DNA of 53,091 bases. Source: Candidatus Uhrbacteria bacterium. Its GTDB lineage: Bacteria > Patescibacteriota > Patescibacteriia > UBA9934. The stretch covers positions 1 to 53,091 of the forward strand of contig CALRCK010000005.1 in assembly GCA_943354605.1 (NCBI GenBank), written 5' to 3'. This document shows positions 53,081-53,091 of the stretch, piece after piece (within the stretch, counting starts at the first letter, position 1; each line of letters begins with the position of its first letter). The notes under the pieces are model-generated. The model made no database searches. It was not told the origin of the DNA and saw only the letters and a list, made by a program, of their open reading frames with translations. The translations under genes and the position numbers were made by a program.

Positions 53081-53091
53081 TATCTCTGCGA

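Overview
This 53-kb chromosomal window looks like it comes from a small-genome, uncultivated bacterium. A CPR/Patescibacteria-like origin is my inference only. It rests on a stand-alone 16S gene with a mismatch in the universal 515F site, compact housekeeping genes, a DGR and giant secreted repeat proteins. The standard genetic code applies, since TGA is used as a stop.

The backbone is mostly plus-strand housekeeping: the rpoC 3' part, ruvC, cca, a short smc, rpsP-KH-trmD, 16S rRNA, tag, rnhB, sufB-D-S-U-C, clpP, a copper-export module (HMA/permease/cupredoxin fusion plus copA), mscL and 7 tRNAs.

The most notable content is a complete diversity-generating retroelement at 38.4-40.9 kb. A 169-aa target gene ends in a 131-bp VR that is copied 0.4 kb downstream as a TR. 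The two copies differ at 15 positions, and 14 of these are adenines in the TR. An Avd-like gene lies on the opposite strand, followed by a DGR-type reverse transcriptase.

Other unusual structure:
- Two families of short repeats sit in frame inside conserved genes. One is a CTCCCCC-N5-GGGGGAG-YYGGAGGGGG hairpin element in cca, a PEP-enzyme gene, smc and rnhB. The other is a 3 x 9-bp TATNGGNCC tandem in sufU and twice in copA.
- Four rod-like imperfect palindromes of about 125-127 nt occur, two of which share a 77-nt core.
- Paired GTCAT...GATCC palindromic units occur at two loci.
- Several GC-rich gene islets, two of them next to tRNAs, sit in a roughly 47% GC background.
- Two G9 homopolymer tracts occur. 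One frameshifts a GluR0-like ligand-gated channel gene and one lies at the RT 5' end.
- There is a 1375-aa Ig-repeat/poly-Thr surface protein and a 694-aa Asp-rich TSP3-like wall-binding protein.

All calls were made by eye from the sequence and ORF track. No database search was run.
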